Shown here: in pieces, positions 61,848 through 64,000 of the stretch
How the letters are laid out: every line of letters begins with the position of its first letter
Position numbering within the stretch: position 1 is the stretch's first letter
Source: Bdellovibrionales bacterium
GTDB lineage: Bacteria > Bdellovibrionota > Bdellovibrionia > Bdellovibrionales > UBA1609
Assembly (NCBI GenBank): GCA_028819305.1
Contig: JAPPLY010000056.1
Span: forward strand, 14,800-78,799
Reading direction: 5' to 3'
DNA: 64,000 bases
Notes under the pieces: generated by a model
What the model was told of the DNA's origin: nothing
What the model saw: the letters and a program-made list of their open reading frames with translations, nothing else
Database searches by the model: none
Program-made: the position numbers and the translations under genes

Positions 61848-62324
61848 ATGAAGTGGTTAGTATATTTTTTGTTTATGTTCCCAAATATTCTTATTGGTTG
61901 TGCAACTAATTATCTAGGCCATGAAGCAAAATATATTAAAAATAAACGACAAAAAAAAGTATCGAGACAATATGCTGACAACAGTAGAGATTTTATTTTA
62001 CCTACATCAGAAGAATGGGAATGGCTTAAAAAAAATTATCAAACATACGATTCTCACTTTAAAAAGAAAGTATATAATTATAACCAACTACCAGATAAAA
62101 TTAAGTGGAAAATTTTTCATCTTCCTAAATATCTAAATCCAGATACTAGACCTAGAAACTGTGTTTTTGGAACAGCTGTTCAGGACTATGTTTCTGGTAA
62201 ATATGGTCAAAAACTTTCTAAAGAAGCTCAAATTAAATGCCTCAGAGGGATAAGAGATAGTCTTTTTCCTCCAGATAGAATAGGCTGTTTTAATAATACA
62301 TTAACGTTTAATTGTAGAAGATAA
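61848..62324 (+). CDS. Small Cys-containing lipoprotein, unknown function
   Basis: Signal peptide with lipobox LIGC; four further Cys residues. Confidence 0.5.
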   Translation: MKWLVYFLFMFPNILIGCATNYLGHEAKYIKNKRQKKVSRQYADNSRDFILPTSEEWEWLKKNYQTYDSHFKKKVYNYNQLPDKIKWKIFHLPKYLNPDTRPRNCVFGTAVQDYVSGKYGQKLSKEAQIKCLRGIRDSLFPPDRIGCFNNTLTFNCRR

Positions 62325-62348
62325 TTTTTACAGAAAAAAGAATTACTA

Positions 62349-62837
62349 GTGAATTTGAAATGTATATTTCCTTTCTTTTTATTTTTTTTCTTCTTAATAA
62401 GCTGTTCCGATGAGGAACATGACATATGGGACCCTGATGATCCTAGAAATGTTCCAAAAAACTGTCCTCTACAACCGGAGAGGAAGTGCCCAGAGTATTT
62501 TAAAAGGGTGGGGAAGGCTAGTCTTCTCTTAGTAGAAGCTAAAGACTCCTATGTAAAGAAAAGGGAACGCTTTAGAATAGATAATACCTATAATCATGAT
62601 CTACTCAATGAAATGTTAAAAGAAGAAGAGACACTTAATAAGTGTTTAGAAATAACTCCAATAGGGAATAAAGGGGAAAGACGAGAGTTTTTTGCTAAGA
62701 TGAACAATAGCAACTTACGAGCGGTGAATGAAACAGATAGGTCTTTTCAAGATAAATTAGCAGATCATTATTTACATCATGCAAATTGTTTTAAAGAAGC
62801 TGAAATAAAACTACAAAGGCTAATAGATAAACAATAA
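62349..62837 (+). CDS. Small Cys-containing lipoprotein, unknown function
   Basis: GTG start; signal peptide with lipobox LISC; five further Cys residues. Confidence 0.5.
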   Translation: MNLKCIFPFFLFFFFLISCSDEEHDIWDPDDPRNVPKNCPLQPERKCPEYFKRVGKASLLLVEAKDSYVKKRERFRIDNTYNHDLLNEMLKEEETLNKCLEITPIGNKGERREFFAKMNNSNLRAVNETDRSFQDKLADHYLHHANCFKEAEIKLQRLIDKQ

Positions 62838-62848
62838 GGAGAATTATT

Positions 62849-63223
62849 ATGACGAATTTTTTCTTAGCTTTTTTATTTTCTATTGCATTTTTAATCTGCT
62901 TTCACATTCCTGAATATAAAGATAACTTAATATTATACACCTTCATGATATGGCTATTACTTATATTGTATTTCGCTCCGACTGTTACAGTATGTTCAAA
63001 TCGAGACGATAAAACTCTTTGTGGAGTTAACTTTTCAAATATAATATTTATGTTTTTTGCAAATTTACTTTTCGGGTGGACTGTTTTAGGTTGAATTATA
63101 TGTATTGTTTTAGCTGTTACTACGGGAGAAAAGAAAAAAGAATTTAAAAAGATAAAAGACTTGACTCTTAAAGAACTGGAAGAGCTTAAAGCCTCTTTAA
63201 AAGAAAATAATGTGAACCAGTAA
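62849..63223 (+). pseudogene. Superinfection-immunity (Imm) family-like membrane protein gene interrupted by an in-frame TGA
   Basis: YFAPTV and NLLFGWTVLG-TGA-IICIVLAV match my recollection of the family pattern YFxP...NLxLGWTxxGW. The stop at 63092-63094 sits where Trp is expected, and the frame stays open for 42 more codons to TAA 63221-63223. Confidence 0.55.
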
Positions 63224-63355
63224 TAATAAAGACCGATACTCTTATTATTATGGATATAAAATATGATATGAAAGCTAGTATATCTCTGTTAAAATTTTAT
63301 ATAAATAAAGAATTAAAAATTAAGTCTTTTATAAAAACTAACCGATAGATTTTTT

Positions 63356-64000
63356 ATGAAGTACTTTTTAGTCTTTTTTTATCTTTTGTTTTTTTATTAT
63401 TTAGCAAATGCAGGAGAAATTCATAAAGCTGCTGAAAAAGGAGATATTAAGAAAGTATCTTCTTTCTTGAAGGTAGGAATTGATCCTGATTTGGTAAATG
63501 AAAATGGCGCAACACCTTTAAACTTTGCGATTCACGGTGGAAATCTGAAGATTGCTTCACTATTAATAAAGCATGGAGCGAAAGTAAATAATAACGAGAA
63601 ACTCCCCCCTTTAATTCAAGCTAGTGCGTTGGGTCACTTAGAGTTTGTTTCACTTCTGTTAAAATATGGAGCAAATGTTAACACTAAAATTAAAGGTTCC
63701 AATGGTACTGCTCTACATTCAAGTGTGCTTAGTGAATCGAAACTTGAATATCAAATCAAAGAACTTCGTAGTAAGGGCATGAAAGTAAGATCAAAAGAAG
63801 TTACTTTACTCTTGCTTAAAAATGGAGCAAATGTCAATGCTAAAAATAAGAATGGTGTAACTCCTCTGTATTTCGTACTCTCTGCAGAGATTGCTACACT
63901 TCTACTTAAGTATGGAGCTAGAGCGAGTGTTAATGTTAAAACTAAAGAAGGAGACAGGAACCGAACTCATTTTTCCCTCTTGTTGACAATGATTTTGAGA
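63356..64000 (+). CDS. Secreted ankyrin-repeat protein (3' end beyond the window)
   Basis: Not in the ORF track (no stop in the window). Signal peptide MKYFLVFFYLLFFYYLANA, then repeated ankyrin units (G.TPL..A...G.....LL.KHGA.VN). Confidence 0.8.
   Translation, partial: MKYFLVFFYLLFFYYLANAGEIHKAAEKGDIKKVSSFLKVGIDPDLVNENGATPLNFAIHGGNLKIASLLIKHGAKVNNNEKLPPLIQASALGHLEFVSLLLKYGANVNTKIKGSNGTALHSSVLSESKLEYQIKELRSKGMKVRSKEVTLLLLKNGANVNAKNKNGVTPLYFVLSAEIATLLLKYGARASVNVKTKEGDRNRTHFSLLLTMILR

Noticed and set aside
63092-63094. Genome-wide reassignment of TGA to Trp (translation table 4) suggested by the TGA at a Trp position in the Imm-like gene
   Set aside because: Long conserved genes (lon, gyrA, gyrB, nuoL, yidC, dnaA) are intact at expected lengths under the standard code with Trp encoded by TGG. 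Several genes (gyrA, the surA-like gene, the J-protein gene) end at TGA at sensible positions. A single-codon event is more parsimonious.

Overview
AT-rich bacterial chromosome segment from a diderm (LolA-, SurA-, Tat- and lipobox-containing genes), spanning the replication-origin neighbourhood. About 56 kb is conserved core. In order: mreB, a nadD-rsfS fusion, obg, rplU-rpmA, an RNase E/G gene, a three-gene biotin-dependent acyl-CoA carboxylase, tatAC, grpE plus a J-protein, lon, then an 11-kb same-strand array sdhCAB-nuoA-nuoHJKLMN that lacks every peripheral-arm nuo gene. After that come etfBA, three SurA/PpiC-type chaperone genes (one split at a C10 tract), pdxA, a phosphomannomutase, atpB-atpE, gyrA-gyrB-recF-dnaN-dnaA, and the divergent rpmH-rnpA-yidD-yidC-jag-mnmE block. 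No rRNA gene, tRNA gene or CRISPR array was seen by eye. From about 56.2 kb to the window end the sequence looks accessory: a 550-bp hairpin- and repeat-dense junction, an AbiEi/AbiEii pair, and a translationally coupled two-gene cassette of unknown function (583 aa with a C-terminal PLD-like HxR variant, plus a 496-aa partner), which is my best candidate for an undescribed system. Downstream are two small Cys-rich lipoproteins, a superinfection-immunity-like gene with an in-frame TGA at a conserved Trp position, and a signal-peptide ankyrin-repeat protein. Across the core, intercistronic spacers carry a dispersed family of hairpin-containing repeats, always co-oriented with local transcription. 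One member is a perfect 52-bp copy pair placed upstream of the convergent genes pmm and atpE. All calls rest on by-eye motif recognition and the supplied ORF track. No database searches were run.
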